From: Octopus vulgaris
Taxonomy: Eukaryota
Assembly: GCA_951406725.2 (NCBI GenBank)
Contig: OX597824.1
Location: forward strand, 5,642,001 to 5,706,000
DNA length: 64,000 bases
Reading direction: 5' to 3'
The translations under genes and the position numbers were made by a program. Positions 39,785 to 55,700 of this stretch are shown piece after piece. Numbering within the stretch: position 1 is the first letter of the stretch; the number at the start of each line of letters is the position of its first letter. A model generated the notes under the pieces. The model did not search any database. It saw only the letters and a list, made by a program, of their open reading frames with translations, and was not told the DNA's origin.

Positions 39785-41193
39785 TATAGAAAGGAAATAT
39801 CATTTTCTTATTTTCAGCATACTCTGACTTGAATGGAATATTTTTAACATTTTATCATGTGTATGAGTAGAATCACATTCATAAATGAACGTGTATTTAA
39901 GTGATTGTATATGTACATTTAAATATAAATATTTCTGAACAGTAATGCTTTTTCAGTATTAATCGGTATTCTTTACACGAAGTCAATAATCAATGCTCAC
40001 CTTATTTATGGTTCAAAATATTCAGGTTATACCGTGGATCGTTGGTTTCAAAATTTTATACTGATCGTCGTACCTTATAGTAAATTACTTTGACCCTGTC
40101 AAATGTCATTGAAATTATACAAAATCTATGGCTTTTCCAAAACGAAAACACGTTACTTAATTGAGATACTATATTTCTATACTTTTATTGAATTAAAATT
40201 ACAGTTTAAAGTATTTTGTAACTAAACAGAGTCGTGGCTGACATTTTAAAATATTTTTAATCTCAGTCTCTTTCAGTCACTGTCTGTCTACTTCAATCTT
40301 AGTTCTCTATTAACAAGAGATTGTGTATTGAAACCAATACGAAAGAAACATATATGATCTTAAATATTCATAATCAATCTCTGTCTTGTATAATAGTTAT
40401 CATTCAGTTTACCTCTCCTGATTTAAAGGTGACGAACTTATAGAACTGATTAAAATGGCAGACAAGTTGTGAATTATCGTTTTACAGAGTTACCAAAAAG
40501 CTGTTTCTACTGAAATTATGGCTTCTTATGACACATGATCTTGCATTAATATATTTATTCGTAAAACACAGTTACCATCTGCCGATTAGGCTTTAATTAT
40601 TAATGTAGATAGTATTCTATTTCAATAATTCTACAAGTCATTTAATAAGAATATCTTGTTCCATTTATATATTAAAAGCGAAATCCATTTATATTTATGA
40701 AGAGTAACACAGATCAAACCGATGCCGTCCATAGGTCTGCTAGAGATAGTGACATATCATTATTTCATGGGTAATGAAAGATGCAGATGGTCAAGTCGAT
40801 AGGGTGTCAGATTACTATATCACAACTAAACATTTCTTAGTTCATTGTTAGTATAGTACTGTGTTTGTTACTATGTGAAGTTAAACCAGGAAAACAACTG
40901 TGAGTTGTGGCGCTGAATTCTGAAACTTTTGACTCTCTGCTTCATACTGGAACATTAAGTTGTTTAAACATTTTTAAAGCGTTTTCGGTTTTTTTTTTCT
41001 TTGCTGAGTGAATGGATTTGAATTAAAAAGTGATAGCTGGCTCGATGTGAATACACAATAATTCCCCAAAAATGTTGTCACAGATAAATGTACATGTAAC
41101 AAGACATGTGTTGGGGAGAGTTAGATTTGGATGTGGGATTCATGCATGTGTTGGTGAGCACTGTATAGAGTATAAAGAGTGTTTAGAGATGAA

Positions 41194-41358
41194 GGCGCAG
41201 GAGTGGCTGTGTGGTAAGTAGCTTGCTAACCAGCCACATGGTTCCCGGTTCAGTCCCACTGCGTGGCATCTTGGGCAAGTGTCTTCTGCTATAGCCCCGG
41301 GCCGACCAATGCCTTGTGAGTGGATTTGGTAGACGGAAACTGAAAGAAGCCTGTCGTA

Positions 41359-41419
<61 letters not shown>

Positions 41420-41630
41420 TTGTGTGTCTGTGTTTGTCCCCCTAGCATTGCTTGACAACCGATGCTGGTGTGTTTACGTCCCCGTCACTTAGCGGTTCGG
41501 CAAAAGAGACCTATAGAATAAGTACTGGTCTTACAAAGAATAAGTCCCGGGGTCGATTTGCTCGACTAAAGGCGGTGCTCCAGCATAGCCGCAGTCAAAT
41601 GACTGAAACAAGTCAAAGAGTAAAAGAGTA
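41194..41630 (+). mobile_element. Family-B SINE, full length
   Basis: Near-identical to 39379-39784. Confidence 0.92.
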
Positions 41631-42736
41631 TGAAAATAATGTTACCCTGCCAAATTGCACGCCTTGTGCCTTTAGTAGAAAGGATACGTGTGTGTGTGAG
41701 TGTGTGTGTGTGTGGGTACGTGTGTTCATGAATGTGTACGTGAGTGGTAACAGACCGCTCTTCTGCTGAAGTCCCTGGGACCGGACCTAAAACCGCGCAG
41801 TAATCTAGCAAAGATCTTTACGGTATAGTCGTGTTTGTCGTCATGGTCAATATTGCAGTTATTGTTAATCTTGTAGTTGTTATATACAAAGCTATTTTTT
41901 TTATAAGGATTTTTCTCACTGGTAGCTATTTTATAGTTTCTTTATTCTTTAAACCCTAGTTCCTTTGTTTTAGAGAAGAATATGTATTTTTTTTTTTGAA
42001 AACGCTGATAGCTCCTATGTCTAGCTTCAGTTTACTATTAGGCATAAAACGTAATGCAAATCGGTTTTTCTAAAATTTCCTGGTAATTTACGAGTAATTT
42101 TAGATCACGTATAACCGTGCAAATTTCGTTAGTTGTTTATGAGGAAGTAAGCGACTCTTCTATATCGATTACAGCCTATTATAACTTTGCATATAAATGT
42201 GTGTACGTGTCTGTGTGGGAGTGGGGTGGATATGCGTGTGTGTGCGTGTGTATGAGAGAGAAAGAAAGAGTGAAAGAGAGAGACAGAGATAATTATATGT
42301 GTGAAGTTTGATTCTTTTCCTACCAGCAGATATGCCCCGAATGTGGTTCTGTTTCTTGACTGAATAACTTTGAATCAACTTCTCAGGAAACATTTTTAAT
42401 TTTAATTTTTATTTTGTTTGTGTTCTTGTTTTTCTTTTGCAAATTCCTTAATTGCGAAGGAAACACTTTTAGTTCAAATTAGCAATCAGTATATGTTTCT
42501 TAATGTGAATATATTGCCTCTCGAGAATGTATCTCGTATAAACATGTACTGCTAAAATCCATAAACTTGTATATGTAAGTACTAACCGCTAAACGATCAC
42601 TAGTGGCGGTGAAATTGCTAAATCTAGACTTGTGTGTTTTGCGCATAATCCTAGCAAACATCCACAAACAACCGAGTCTGTTTCCGCGAACATCTGATTT
42701 GTAATCGGTTTTTCTGTATCAGAAGAGGTTAAACTT

Positions 42737-42990
42737 GTGAGTGGATTTGGTAGACGGAAACAGAAAAGAATATATGTATGTGTGTATATGTTTCTGTGTG
42801 TGCCTCCTCCAACATCGCTTGACGACCGATGCTGGTGTGTTTACGTCTCCGTAACTTAGCGGTTCGACAAAAGAGAATAAGTACTAGGTTTATAAAGAGT
42901 ATGTCCTGGGATCGACTTACTCGACTTAAGGCGGTGCTCCAGCATGGCCGCTGTCAAAATGACTGAAACAAGTAAAAGAATAAAAGAATA
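42737..42990 (+). mobile_element. Family-B SINE, 5'-truncated
   Basis: TGTGAGTGGATTTGGTAGACGGAAAC...GGCGGTGCTCCAGCATGGCCGC...GACTGAAACAAGTAAAAGAA. Confidence 0.85.
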
Positions 42991-43445
42991 CGTATATGTG
43001 TGTGCGTGCGCGCGCTTGAGCACTACTACGACAACAGATGTTCATTGGTTTCTGTTCCTGTAACTTAACAGTTCGGCAAACGCGATTGATGTAATAAATA
43101 CTAAACTGAAGAGAAGAAGTCCTAGAGACGATTTGTTTGACTAGAATTTTCCTTACTTAATCAAATCTTTCCCAATACTTATTTTAATTCGGTATTATTC
43201 TAATGAATAATATTTGCCAAAGTGATAAGCTGCAGGGACGTAAACCAAACAACACCAGTTGCCATATGGAAAGCGACTAATACAATCATAGATAGTCGCT
43301 CGCTCAATCGCCCACAAATACATGTGTATATACTTATACACACACAAACACAAATGCGCATGCACACACACAGAGGCTAATGCGCAAGCACACATACACA
43401 CACAAATACGTAAGCACATACATAACTACGTATGTTTATTATATA

Positions 43446-43525
<80 letters not shown>

Positions 43526-44275
43526 TATATACAACGGACGTCCGTAGAGTTTCCGTTTCTTAATTTCACTGACAAGCATTGGTCGGTTCGGGTCTGTAGA
43601 AGAAGAGAGAAGCGATGGTGCCGTACAGCTCTGCTCCGCATCACGTAGTTGCGAAGCGAGATACTATACTACCAAACTACGTCCAGATACTAAATTAGTC
43701 AAAGATGGTAGGAAAATGAAGATTATTTAAAGGAGCGGATCAGAAAAGTGTTTAATCAATGAATTTTACACCTAATGTTGAAACGAAAAGTCATTCGTGT
43801 TAACAATAATATTTCGATAATGACAAACTAGGAAATTAAAGTAAAAATTGATTAAAAATTGACCTGGAATAATCAGTGGAGGTGGACGTGATTATGATCT
43901 TTGCTAAATGGATGAAGAACTTAGATGAGTTACAGTTTAATTTTACTCTCTCAGTGAAGAATAGTTTTATCTCTATATCACCAGACTTTAATATAACAAT
44001 GGAAGTATAGAACACCAGCTATAATATGCAGTGAGCGGAGGGAATTGGTAGCGTGTCGGAGAGAATGCTTAGCTATATTTCTTCTGGTTTTACTTTCTGA
44101 GTTTAAATGCTTCCGAGCTTAGACATTGCTTTTCTTTCTTTACAGCGTCGGTAGAATTTTACCAATTTGAGCTCCGGAGATGATGTAATAAACTAACTCA
44201 TCCAGTACCCCCGCAAACGTTTCAGGCCTTGTACCCATAGTAGAATGAAAAGACAGGAAAATATTGAATAAATAT

Positions 44276-44470
44276 TACGGAGATGTAATTGCATAGCAAG
44301 TGACCTGATCTGAGATCGTGTACTGGAACGAAAACAATTGCAGCGTGGAAAGTGTTTATAAGCCATTTAAGAAACACACAAAAACTATTCATTAGATTCA
44401 CTTCAACATTTAAATTTAATTTGTCAAAATATTTTCGTCGCTTTGAGACCGCGACCTGTTCACTGAAAAA
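44276..44470 (+). repeat. Second copy of the 34394 dispersed repeat (not folded back)
   Basis: GAGATGTAATTGCATAGCAAGTGACCTGATCTGAGATCGTG...GAGACCGCGACCTGTTCACTG. Confidence 0.85.
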
Positions 44471-45578
44471 ACTGTTGCATAAATAAATAATAATAAATAA
44501 TAATAATTTATTATGTTTATGTTTTTTTCTTCCGAACCTTTCCTTGCTTTCGAAAGAAGAAATATAAAAAAATAAATGAGTGGAAATCGAAACGGTGAGT
44601 GTGTTAGATAATAAGGCATTATGACAATATGACCCTCCCCAGACACAACATACTTTGCTTTAACACACAAATTCACATAAATAATCTTGCAAACCAGAAA
44701 GAAAAACGAAATGATAATATAGGAAAATAGCAAAAAAATACTATTCATCATGGTTGTAACTGAAAATAGAGTTTATTTTTCCTAAATATTAGTATGTTAG
44801 ACATTATGTTTTCAATATGTTTTTTCCATTGAAAGGTTATCTCCAAAACACTTTCTGTATCACAGCTATCGTCTGTCTGATCAACGAAATGCGTGATTTT
44901 GGTAATTTTCTTCCTCTAAATCCTCTAAGTTATCCCAGACTTCCAGCAGTCTTGTTGTTGGGGCGGAGACTAAAGTTTCCCTGAAAATATACACGATAGA
45001 AATCGTGACAGACTTATTTCCCTTCGATCTTTCTCCTAATTCCAGGAATTCTTTAATCATTTTAAATTTCGAAATAACTTAGCTTGCTCGTCACAAGAAT
45101 TATAATTCATGTTAATGGCTTTTCTTTCCACTACAGGACGGATGTCAGCTTAATTGAATGTTTTTGGGTTTTTGCTTCACTCCATGCAGTAGTTTAGACC
45201 CTGCTTAAACGCTTAATTGCATGTTATTCCTGCAGAATCGTACATCAGAAATATTTTCCATATCATAGATTTTATGGTCGCGTCAGATATAAATCATATA
45301 ACCTTAAACGGTTTATGCACGTTTCTAATTGAGTGTGAATCTGAAATTGCTAATTCTAATCTATAAATGACCACACACACACACACACACACACATACAC
45401 ACAATAATAAATACATATAAGTATCCCTTCATAAATACATACAGACACAGATACATATGCACACAATATATGTATTTATATATATATATTTACATATAGA
45501 CACACGCATACTTGTATATATACATACATACACACATATATATATATATATATATAATTACATACAGACACACGCATA

Positions 45579-45636
<58 letters not shown>

Positions 45637-45928
45637 CCCGTGTGTGTGTATATATATGTATAAATACATATATGTGTAAATAATTATATACATATATATA
45701 TGCATACGCGCGCACACACACACACACACACATATAGTGCTTGGATTTAAATTAATTTCTGAAATTCAGAGGAGGATAGATGGAGAAAATGTCGGGCATG
45801 AAGCTGGTTGCATGACGGAGAGAATTAAATAACTTCTCCAAGAGCACTGCATGGGAACTGAATATTTCATACATTAGCAGAAGTGGGGGGGGGGGATTCA
45901 ATATTTCAGCCTTTCTGACATTGCAAAC

Positions 45929-45929
<1 letters not shown>

Positions 45930-46012
<83 letters not shown>

Positions 46013-46219
46013 GTTGAAATCAATTAGCAATGATGATACGAAAAATGATGACGAGGACGAGAACCACGATTGTGATGACGATGATGATGATGATGCCGAC
46101 GGTGACGGAAATAATGTTGATGATTATGATAATGATGCAGGGTGATGATGATGATTTTAATGCTGATATCAAGAACAAAAATAAATATAAACACAATAAT
46201 ACTACTACTACTGCTACCT

Positions 46220-46282
<63 letters not shown>

Positions 46283-46501
46283 AACTACTACTACTACTAC
46301 TACTACAACTACTAGCACTAGCAAAACAACAAGAACGAAAACACTACAACGACGACGACGACAAGAACAACGTCACCAACAACATCAACAACAACAACAA
46401 CAACTATAATAAAAATAATAATAATAATAATTATAATAATAATAGCAATAATAATAATAATAAGAAGAAGAAGAAAATAATAGTAATAATAATAATAAGA
46501 A

Positions 46502-46550
<49 letters not shown>

Positions 46551-46560
46551 GTAACAACAA
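45930..46560. repeat. Compound trinucleotide microsatellite field ((TTA)n, (GAT)n, (CTA)n, (AAC)n, (TAA)n)
   Basis: Directly visible. Confidence 0.95.
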
Positions 46561-47348
46561 AGATATGTCCGTATGCACAATGTTATTTATCGACGTAATA
46601 TTGCGGCGCGAGTGCTCTTGATGCAGCTTTTCCCATAAAGCTCAGTAGGAATCGAATCTAAAATTTGATTATGCCAGTAAGAATATTAACACGGACTTGT
46701 AAACCATTTCCTAATAACAGAATCCTTGAGTTGCATAGGTCAAAGTGAGATCATTTGTTGTTCCATCGGAATATATTGGTTTCTTGTATTTGCAAGGAAT
46801 CTGGTGGGTTCTTGGAAGATACAAAACAGAGATGTCGTGTCACGCGTTGGTTCCAGCTGTAGGTAAAGTGTCTTAGAAGTGGATTCTTCAAACGCAGCCA
46901 GAGCAGGAGAGTCGGCAGAGTGGGAGGAGGAGGAGGAGGAGGAGGAGAGCAGGTGGTAGAGAAAGCACGAGGTGATGGAGAAGAGGAGATGGAGGAAGGG
47001 CGGCGAGGATGACGACGGGTAGACGATGAAGACGAAGTATACGATGATGGTGATGACAGTGAGGGGTGTCTGAAGAGTTTAGAAAAACTGATTTAAGCAA
47101 ACACACACACACACATATATATACATACTTATACTCATACACACAACAATCACACACCCACACACGCGCGCACACACATACACATACGCTCACACGCATT
47201 CACATACGCTCATACACACGCACGCACAAACACGTGCACATACACAAACACACACACACACACAAACAAACACACGCACACACACATACACATTTATACA
47301 AATATATATATACCCATACACACAACATACACACACCCACGCATAAAC

Positions 47349-47473
<125 letters not shown>

Positions 47474-47669
47474 ATATACACGCTCATGTGAACGTGTTTC
47501 GTTCATAAATTTCGAATATCAAGCTATATCCAGAGTAGAAAATTGAAGTGGAATTACTATTATGCTTAAAAGGAAGAGTGCAATTTTCTTTACGCATTAT
47601 TGCCTGCAATACTGTGATGCCAAGCAATACCGCGATGGCATTATCACACCGACTGGAATTCTGTTTCCA

Positions 47670-48260
47670 CGTATATTGTGGTAGAATACTTCTTGCGATG
47701 TTCCGTAAGACCTAATCATTTCGCTTATCTTTGTACGGTGCATTGAATCAAAGGTCTTCGAGAGCTCCACAAAAAGCATCACTGCCTCTAGTTTCCATGT
47801 TCTCTCTTCTTCCATCTTTCTTCTCACACAGTCAATATCTGTTAAGTGTCGATCTATTCTTTCTAAATCCGTTCTGGTTCGGGTGAAGAACTTTCTCAAT
47901 CTCATGTTGAATTCAATTACGCAACATCGCGCTGTATAATCGAAGCAGCAATAACCGTAAGTGTTAGGAAACAAGGACGTGCATCTTTCTGTCAAGAACT
48001 GACTACGCTTTAGTTGTAAACATCGTTGGAGGATTACTGGAGCGTATAGTTAAAGCTTGTCGTCTTCCAGTCTTCAGGGCACTTTGTCCTGACCGGCTAC
48101 TTTCCATTCTTCAATATCTTCATTACAGCTCTCAACGCATCTTCCCCGAACGGGTTTGTCTTGATACAAAGTTCATCTTCGATAATTGTCCGAACTAGGA
48201 GAGCGTTGACAACACCAACTCTCTCCAGCAGATTCTTAAAATGATCTTCCTATTTCTCTA
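47670..48260 (-). mobile_element. RTE-clade LINE, upstream (inverted) part of the RT region, degenerate
   Basis: Minus strand: EK*EDHFKNLL... through LEAVMLFVELSKTFDSMHRTKISEMIRSYGTSQEV (RTE FVDFSKAFDS.HR....IL..YGIP). Confidence 0.75.
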
Positions 48261-49200
48261 TAAGAATACAAAACCAAAGGTGCGATACCTCGCTGGTTAT
48301 AGAGACTTTTGATGTTCAGGCGGGAGTACTACAAGACGATACATTAGCGCTACTCTTGTTCCTAATACTGGACAATGGTTTATGTACGTCTATTGATCTA
48401 CACAGTTACATTGGTTTTATTCTACTGAAAACTAGAAGCAAAATGTATCCAGACGAGAAAATCCCTGTGGCTGATAAAGCAAACGACTTTCTGCTATTTG
48501 AAGAGAAGGTAACAAACGTTAAACAACTACGGCGTACAGTAGCTGGCAGAGGAAGCTTTAAAGGAAAGGTCTTTTTGCGAATGTTGGGAAGAGTGAATAC
48601 ATATATTTTAAAAGGAACAGTCAGGTCAACTTACAGAACATCACACCACTGAAAACAGAATCTCGGAACTGATATGTCATCCACTGAGAAAAGCGTATCA
48701 ATCCGCGTAGCACAAGGATGAAATACACAGGAATAATTCAGAATGGTTTGGAATCCTCACCGGATGACTAAGAATTTTTCAGAGTTATAGTAGAACCAGT
48801 TCTTCATTGTGGTTCATCAGCATGAAATCTGAAGGAAAATGGTGCAGAAGCATGATGGTACCAAGACATGTATTTTTGGTGCTGTACACAGCTAATCAAG
48901 GAAACAAGATCTAACAAAAGAAGACGAGCTTTATGGAAAAATCCTCAATGTATTTCCTGTCATTCCGGATCGGACAGCACGATATGCAGGTCAGGGCTAC
49001 TGAAGCAAAAATGAATGAGTGAGTAGGTTTTTTCCGTGGGTTCCGAACCATAAGAATACGCATGTCGTACGATCCAGAGTAACGTACATTGATCAACTCC
49101 CTCTAGGCATCAAGTTATGAGCAAAAGACCCAAAAATCGATATGGTTAAGAAGAATGCTAGAAAAGAAAGCGTGGTCTGGGTAAGGGCTACTTATCCGAA
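48256..49200 (+). mobile_element. RTE-clade LINE, downstream part of the RT region and C-terminus, degenerate
   Basis: Plus strand: LYKNTKPKVR..., DVQAGVLQDDTLA.LLF, GFILLKTRSKMYPDEKIPVADKANDFLL (decayed YADD) and FRVIVEPVLHCGSSA*NL. Confidence 0.75.
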
Positions 49201-49752
49201 TCGATAGATTGTAGTATAATGTAAACAACGGTTAGATATAGTTCTAAATTTAATATAATGCACTGTTAGTACCATAGACCCATAAAGTTGTCTCATCATT
49301 ACTTTATAATTATAGATGCTCTCGCTATTGCAATTTTGACATAAATTTGGACGGGTATTAGGCTACTAGTAAAACATCTTCATAGTGCAGTTAATTTGTA
49401 GTTTTGAATGGTAGTCAAATATATAATTATATACATTACAAACGAAATATATATTGTTATAATTGGATTTTTTTCTAGATAAATTGCAGATAACTATAAT
49501 TTTAAAAATTTATGGACAAGAACCATATCGTATTATTTTACATAGAAAGTAAAAAAAAAAAAAAACCATGAAAATACGGTAATTTAATTATATATTATTT
49601 GACAAAAAACATATACATTGATAATTTCGCATATGCATGAATAAATAGTTGGCCTTCAGCCAAATCTTATGGTTCTGCGGTTTGATTAATTAGAAAGAAA
49701 CATAACGACCTCTATGTGTATTCATATCTATGTGTTTCTATAGAGGTAAACG

Positions 49753-50390
<638 letters not shown>

Positions 50391-50657
50391 TGTGTTCGCG
50401 TGTCTGTGTATGTATGTACTCATGTACGCTTAGTTAACAATATTTTTGCGTTGCATTTCATTTTCTTAATCTTAATGGGAAACAGAAGGGCCATTTTGAC
50501 TAAAGCCGAGATATTATCTCCAATACACGAGGTGAGCAGTGAAGCAAACCGGTCGTCATTTACATTTACAGCTTTACAATTTAATATTTTTAAAAAAATA
50601 CGTTTTCTCACGTGCATACCTAAATGCAAATGTGCATACACAAATATGTATGTATGA

Positions 50658-50715
<58 letters not shown>

Positions 50716-50819
50716 TTAGAGATAAAACCACTATTAGGCAAATCATGAATACATACATACACAGACACGCGCGCACACACACATATACATGTAAGTATGT
50801 ATGTATGTATGTATGTATG

Positions 50820-50869
<50 letters not shown>

Positions 50870-50918
50870 TAGATGGATTGATAGAAAGATAGAAAGATAG
50901 GGAGATAGATAGATAGAA

Positions 50919-50960
<42 letters not shown>

Positions 50961-51206
50961 TAAGCAATTAAGGGTTTAACAACGAAAAGTGGACAGTCAA
51001 CATGCTAGATATAGACGTCAAATCGCCATTCTCCACAAAGAGTATGTTCTCAAATAAAACTCAGCACAAAACCAAAGCATTAAACAAGACAAATGAAAAT
51101 ATACGAAATAAAATAATTAACACCGAATGTACGGAATGCCAGACTACTTGGTGTAATTGATAATTATTCCAAATTAATTAATTTCACCCTTCATTGTTAC
51201 TGATAA

Positions 51207-52101
<895 letters not shown>

Positions 52102-52781
52102 GCACCTGTCTTCGTCTTTTGTTTTTTTTGTGAATTCTCCCTATATATATATAAAGCTCTGGCCTTCAACCACATCTTGCGAAATCGTAGTTTGATTAAT
52201 TAATTAGGGAGGTATGTACCCGTACATATACGCATAAATACACGTACACAGATATAAATGTATTCCCATATCTCTCTCTCTCTCTCTCTGTGCCTGTCTG
52301 TCTTTCTGTCTGTCTCTCCCTCTCTCTCTCTCTCTCTCTCTGTACATATATATATGTACTTATGCATATATATACATACATATATCCTTGTGTGGGTGTA
52401 CGTATGTATGTATGCATGTATACAAGAGTGTGCTGAAATGCTCCTGGTTAATCTCTTAGCTTTAATGGTCTGCTTTGTCTTTGCTGTATATTTATATTTC
52501 AAAGTTTGTAGGTGATCCATTCGCCTGTTCTACTCGGTATAGTATTTCGTTTTCTTTTATACTTGTTTTAGCCATTTGACTGCGGCCATGCTATAGCACC
52601 GCCGCAGAGGTTCTTGAGCTCACGACCCTCAGATTACTTCTAAAGTCAACCTATAAAAGTCTGATGTTATGCCGACTGAGCTTACGATATTTAATTTCCC
52701 TTTACACCAGGTTTTGAGTCTGGGGCAAACGTCTTGCAATCTATGTCACAAGTATACCGGTGAAAATGGTTAACATTACAA

Positions 52782-52963
52782 ATGATCTATTATCGTACAT
52801 TTATCTGATTTTCTTTTTTTCTCAATGACACGAATATTGAGATTAGATTCTCAGAAGAATTTTTTTTAAATTGCAGATGATCTATATCGTACATTTATCT
52901 GTTTTTTTTATTTTGTCAATGACACGAATATTGAGATTAGATTGTCAGAAGAATTTTTTAAAC
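52782..52963 (+). repeat. Local direct tandem duplication (~95 bp x 2)
   Basis: ATGATCTAT(T)ATCGTACATTTATCTG...CAATGACACGAATATTGAGATTAGATT.TCAGAAGAATTTTTT occurs twice. Confidence 0.9.
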
Positions 52964-53309
52964 CTACTTATGCGTTATTCAGTGTCATATTTAAAAGTAG
53001 TATTCTATATATATTGTTTCTCTGCGTCATTTAAACTCTGACACAGCGTTACAGTTCAAAATACAAACAACTGTGTTAATGTACGTCGTTCTAAACTCTG
53101 AACTCGGCCGTCTCCACGATTTGCACATCAAAACAGATTGTTTTAGAAATTGACCTGACAAACTATTAGTAATTTCTGTACATATTCATTACATTTTTCA
53201 TTTCATCTAGTTTCAGCTCACGAGCTGTGGCCATGCTGGGGCACCGCCATCTGTAACATAAACACGAAAGAAAGCATCAGTTAATCATTGATGTCAGATT
53301 ACCTTTAAA

Positions 53310-53460
53310 TCAGAATACACAAGTCCTCAAGTCACACTCACATCGACACAGACACCTGGCGTGGAATATATCCAGGACTTCGAGGCAGCGATGACGGATC
53401 GAAAAATGTGGCGTGTAGACTCTGTTGCTGCGGCGTAGGTTGAAACGCGATCATAATAAT
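53310..53460 (+). mobile_element. Probable RTE LINE extreme 3' end
   Basis: VEYIQDFEAAMTDRKMWRV resembles the RTE C-terminal ...AM.DR..WR motif; a short TAA tail follows. Confidence 0.45.
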
Positions 53461-53707
53461 AAATACATATTCCCGAGTTTTAATTTTACAATACCTAGTG
53501 GTATTTTGCAAGATATTGATCATTATTAGGTCATGCTCCTAATTTTCTATTTAGCTGGAATTTCTTTTGGTTTTGTCGTATTTTACATTTATTTTGACTT
53601 GTGTTATCAAGTTTTATCATCTTTTATGATGCTGTTTTCACTTTCTTCGCAGTTTTCGTATACTTGTAATCATCTTCTTGTTTCAACTTTACTGTTTACA
53701 CAAACGT

Positions 53708-53801
<94 letters not shown>

Positions 53802-54150
53802 ACACTCTCAAATACTTTTGTTCATCTTCCATTATTAAACTATTTCCGCTTTGCTGTCTTGTAATGAATTTTCTAACTCTACCATTTCTATTTCTGTAAC
53901 TATTCAATTGTCATCGAGTGAAGGTTCAATTTCATCTCTAACATTCTGAGGCTAATGGCTTCAGAATGCTATCTGTAGTTTCTTAGTTTATCGATGCAAG
54001 CCCGTCAATTTACTTCTTCTCAATATTGAAGCCGTAGTTCATGAATAGGATGCCTTGTATAATTATATCTATTTCCTATTTCTGAAATTTAGTTCAGATT
54101 TCAATATATTTGTCTCATTATTCTGAGTATACTTTGCACTATATGTTTCG

Positions 54151-54164
54151 TAATAGTAATAATA

Positions 54165-54244
<80 letters not shown>

Positions 54245-54441
54245 ATTAATAACAACAACAACAGCAACAACAGCAACAACTACTACAATAATAATAATAA
54301 TAATAATGATGATGATGATGATGATGATGATGATAATGATAATAATAATAACAATAATAATAATAATGATAATAATAATAATAATATTAATAATAATAAT
54401 AATAATAATAATGATGATGACGATGATAATAAGAATTATTA

Positions 54442-54472
<31 letters not shown>
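54151..54472. repeat. (TAA)n/(GAT)n/(AAC)n/(TTA)n microsatellite
   Basis: Directly visible. Confidence 0.95.
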
Positions 54473-55700
54473 AACTGGACTCTACATGAACTAATGGAAA
54501 TAGACAGGAAAACAAGAAAATAATGACAGGATTTAGCATGCATCACCCAAAATCTGACATAGAAAAGTTATATATACAACGTATCGAAGGTGGTAGAGGC
54601 CTTTATACAGCTAGATAACTATTGCAAAACATCCATCATAAGACTACTGAAATACCAACTTCAGAAGAAAGGAAAACTAATACAAATAACCACAAAGCAC
54701 GAACAAAACAAAAAGCTGTTTTTAGTCTTTTTGGAAGCTGACAAATAGAAAAAAGAAGTAACACTACCTAACGATTATGAAGAAAAAGAAGGAACAAAAG
54801 TTGTAAAATAGGTGAAATTCAAACTAAAATCGGTGCAGCAATGGATAAATGATGACAAGAAAAGCCCCTTCATGGCAAATACTGGATTAAACTAAACAGA
54901 AAAAAAATAGACAAAGTAAAATCCCAACAATATAAAATCCTATAAGCTCAGGACTCGAAGCAGAGACAGAGGGATTTTTAATTGCAGCACAAGGCAAAAG
55001 CCTGCCCACCAGAAATTGCCAAAAACATGTAATGAAAAGAAACACAAGTAAATGCAGAATATGGACAAGAAACAATAAACCATATTATCTCTGGCAACCC
55101 AGTCCTGGCTAAGAAGGAATATATTCACAGGCGCGACAGAGGTGGGACTTATATAAACTGGAAGCTGTGCCAAAACTATGGAAAAACAATAGAAAAAAGA
55201 TGGTGTAGGAACACGCCAGAGAAGATCATAGAAAACGAGAAAGCAACCATAATATGAGATATGCCAATACACACAGAGAAATTCAGACCAATACGCCGGA
55301 TATTATTATCAGAGATCATGAGGAAAAAAATGCTTTCTAATCGATGTATCAATACCAACAGATGACAACGTTAATCTAAAAGAAATAGAGAAACTTTCAA
55401 AATACAAATAACTGAAAATAGAGGTAACTCGAATGTGGAATCTAAAAACAGAAACAATGCCTATCATAGTAGGCGCATTAGATATGATATAAAAATATCC
55501 AGACAAAACACCAAGACTTACAAACACATATAATATACAGCAAATTGCACTACTGGGAATTTCACACATCCTACGTAAAACGCTTTCAATACAGTAACCA
55601 TAAGAGCATCACAACAAACCACAGCACATACCCAAGGCACACAGAGCTGCGCTCGGTAGTGCAGCGAAAGCACGTAATAGAAATAAGCCTACTGAGTAAG
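54473..55700 (+). mobile_element. Dong/R4-type LINE 3' ~1.2 kb (RT thumb, decayed CCHC knuckle, RLE nuclease, 3' UTR), with frameshifts
   Basis: NWTLHELMEIDRKTRK..MHHPKSDIEKLYIQRIEGGRG; ETEGFLIAAQ; ETINHIISG.PVLAKKEYIHR; PDIIIRD; FLIDVSIPTDDNV..KEIEKLSKYK; MWNLKTETMPIIVGAL; ILRKTLSIQ* (stop ~55597). Confidence 0.9.
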
